From Azolla caroliniana (lineage: Eukaryota > Plantae > Polypodiophyta), in contig JBHGNT010000488.1 of the NCBI GenBank assembly GCA_043228905.1, forward strand, positions 1 through 23,129: DNA of 23,129 nucleotides, read 5' to 3'. The notes under the pieces are model-generated. The model did not search any database, had not been told where the DNA came from, and saw only the letters and a program-made list of their open reading frames with translations. Position 1 is the first letter of the stretch; each line of letters opens with the position of its first letter. A program made the position numbers and the translations under genes. This document shows positions 22,128 to 23,129 of this stretch, piece by piece.

Positions 22128-22831
22128 CTATGAAATGAGAATAATTAAATTAATCTAATATTTTGTTTCGAAGAAATTCAGTTAAGAAAACCTAAGAGTT
22201 CCTATGGCATAATAGATAAAAGAAATTGGTCTTTGAAACCAGAGATTTTGCGCTCAACATTTAGTAAGTATGAGTTAGGACCGTGATTCTAATTTAAGAT
22301 ATTAGAAATATGAAGATCAAGAATCATTGAGTTGTGATGAACGTGAAGTACAAGCATTATGCTCTTTAGTTCAATGTACTGAGCAATCGAACATTAGATT
22401 TAACGGCACTAACAAAGAAGGTCTCTTATATATATATATTGCACACTATATATAGTGCTCAATCAATTCACAAGTTACCTCACATATGCACACATAATCA
22501 ATTCAATACACATAATCACAAGCAGATGAGAATTAGGAGGAATGAAATGATTTTGTAGGAAATGTGGTATGTAATGATTTCTAGTGAAGGGGACACATCA
22601 CAGACTGAATTTTAGTCAGAGACTACATACATACACCTTGACCATAACCTTTGTCTTCACATTATAATTTCAATCAGAAGCTACAAATGCATATATATAT
22701 ATATATATATGTAGAGAGAGATCTGACATTTGTTTACAAGCCTTATTATTCCTTGTTGGTCATGTTGGCTTAAAACAATTTTAATTTGTCCAAGATCAAG
22801 CATAACATGTGGGCGGACATGGTAAGTTACT
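22128..22831 (-). repeat. Duplicated 3' flank of the peptide cassette (copy D version, without the LINE)
   Basis: Reverse complement matches 3561-3671 joined to 4986-5586. Confidence 0.9.
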
Positions 22832-22975
22832 TCACACCGGACTATCCTGATTCCCTTCTATCGCTGCAGCGATGCCGAAGCAGCAGCACCCGCAGCACGC
22901 TACTACCAGTCCGATGAGGCAATTTGCGCCTACGATGCCCCCAATAACAATAAAAACAATGGCGACAGTATTCAT
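22832..22975 (-). CDS. Cys-rich transmembrane micropeptide, copy D (47 aa): MNTVAIVFIVIGGIVGANCLIGLVVACCGCCCFGIAAAIEGNQDSPV
   Basis: Intact ORF collinear with copy C (36/47 aa identical), with the same start context and TATA block. Confidence 0.82.
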   Translation of the reverse strand: MNTVAIVFIVIGGIVGANCLIGLVVACCGCCCFGIAAAIEGNQDSPV

Positions 22976-23042
22976 CTTTCTCGATAATATATAATGCACC
23001 ACCAATTCAAATCCTCCCGTCAAAACCTAATGTATGCATAGC

Positions 23043-23100
23043 ATATATATAGTGCTAAATCAATCCATAATATAATGGAATTGACCCTCGAATTAAGATC
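23043..23100 (-). promoter_or_regulatory. Conserved core-promoter/TATA block of copy D
   Basis: Same block as in copies A-C, followed by a poly-C run at the window end. Confidence 0.62.
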
Positions 23101-23129
23101 TCCCAACCCCCCCCCCCCCCCCCCCCCCC

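Overview
Eukaryotic, land-plant-type genomic DNA (the TE content and long TA/CA-rich tracts suggest a fern or other non-seed plant; this is inference only). The only apparently intact host genes are four copies of an unrecognised 47-50 aa, Cys-rich, single-pass membrane micropeptide (MNTVAI.FI.IG..VG.N....L...CC..CC...NQ..PV). They lie at 1-64 (-, partial), 2355-2507 (-), 3417-3560 (+) and 22832-22975 (-). Each copy has the same ~60-bp TATA-containing upstream block, and the three complete copies share duplicated 3' flanks. Copies B and C form a divergent pair around a perfect 18-bp G-box palindrome, and 1-966 is an inverted duplicate of 2619-3481. Between copies C and D the coding sequence is more diverged than the non-coding flanks, and almost all changes are non-synonymous. 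The ~19 kb between C and D is mostly nested transposons: (1) a 5'-truncated LINE in the 3' flank of copy C; (2) a decayed minus-strand Ty1/copia whose LTR is split by a 6.6-kb non-autonomous TIR element (8-bp TSD, hAT-like) carrying an intronless GRP7-like RRM pseudogene; (3) a hAT/MITE-like end fragment; (4) a plus-strand Ty1/copia whose gag-pol is interrupted by an 805-bp solo LTR containing a 5 x 54-bp tandem array.
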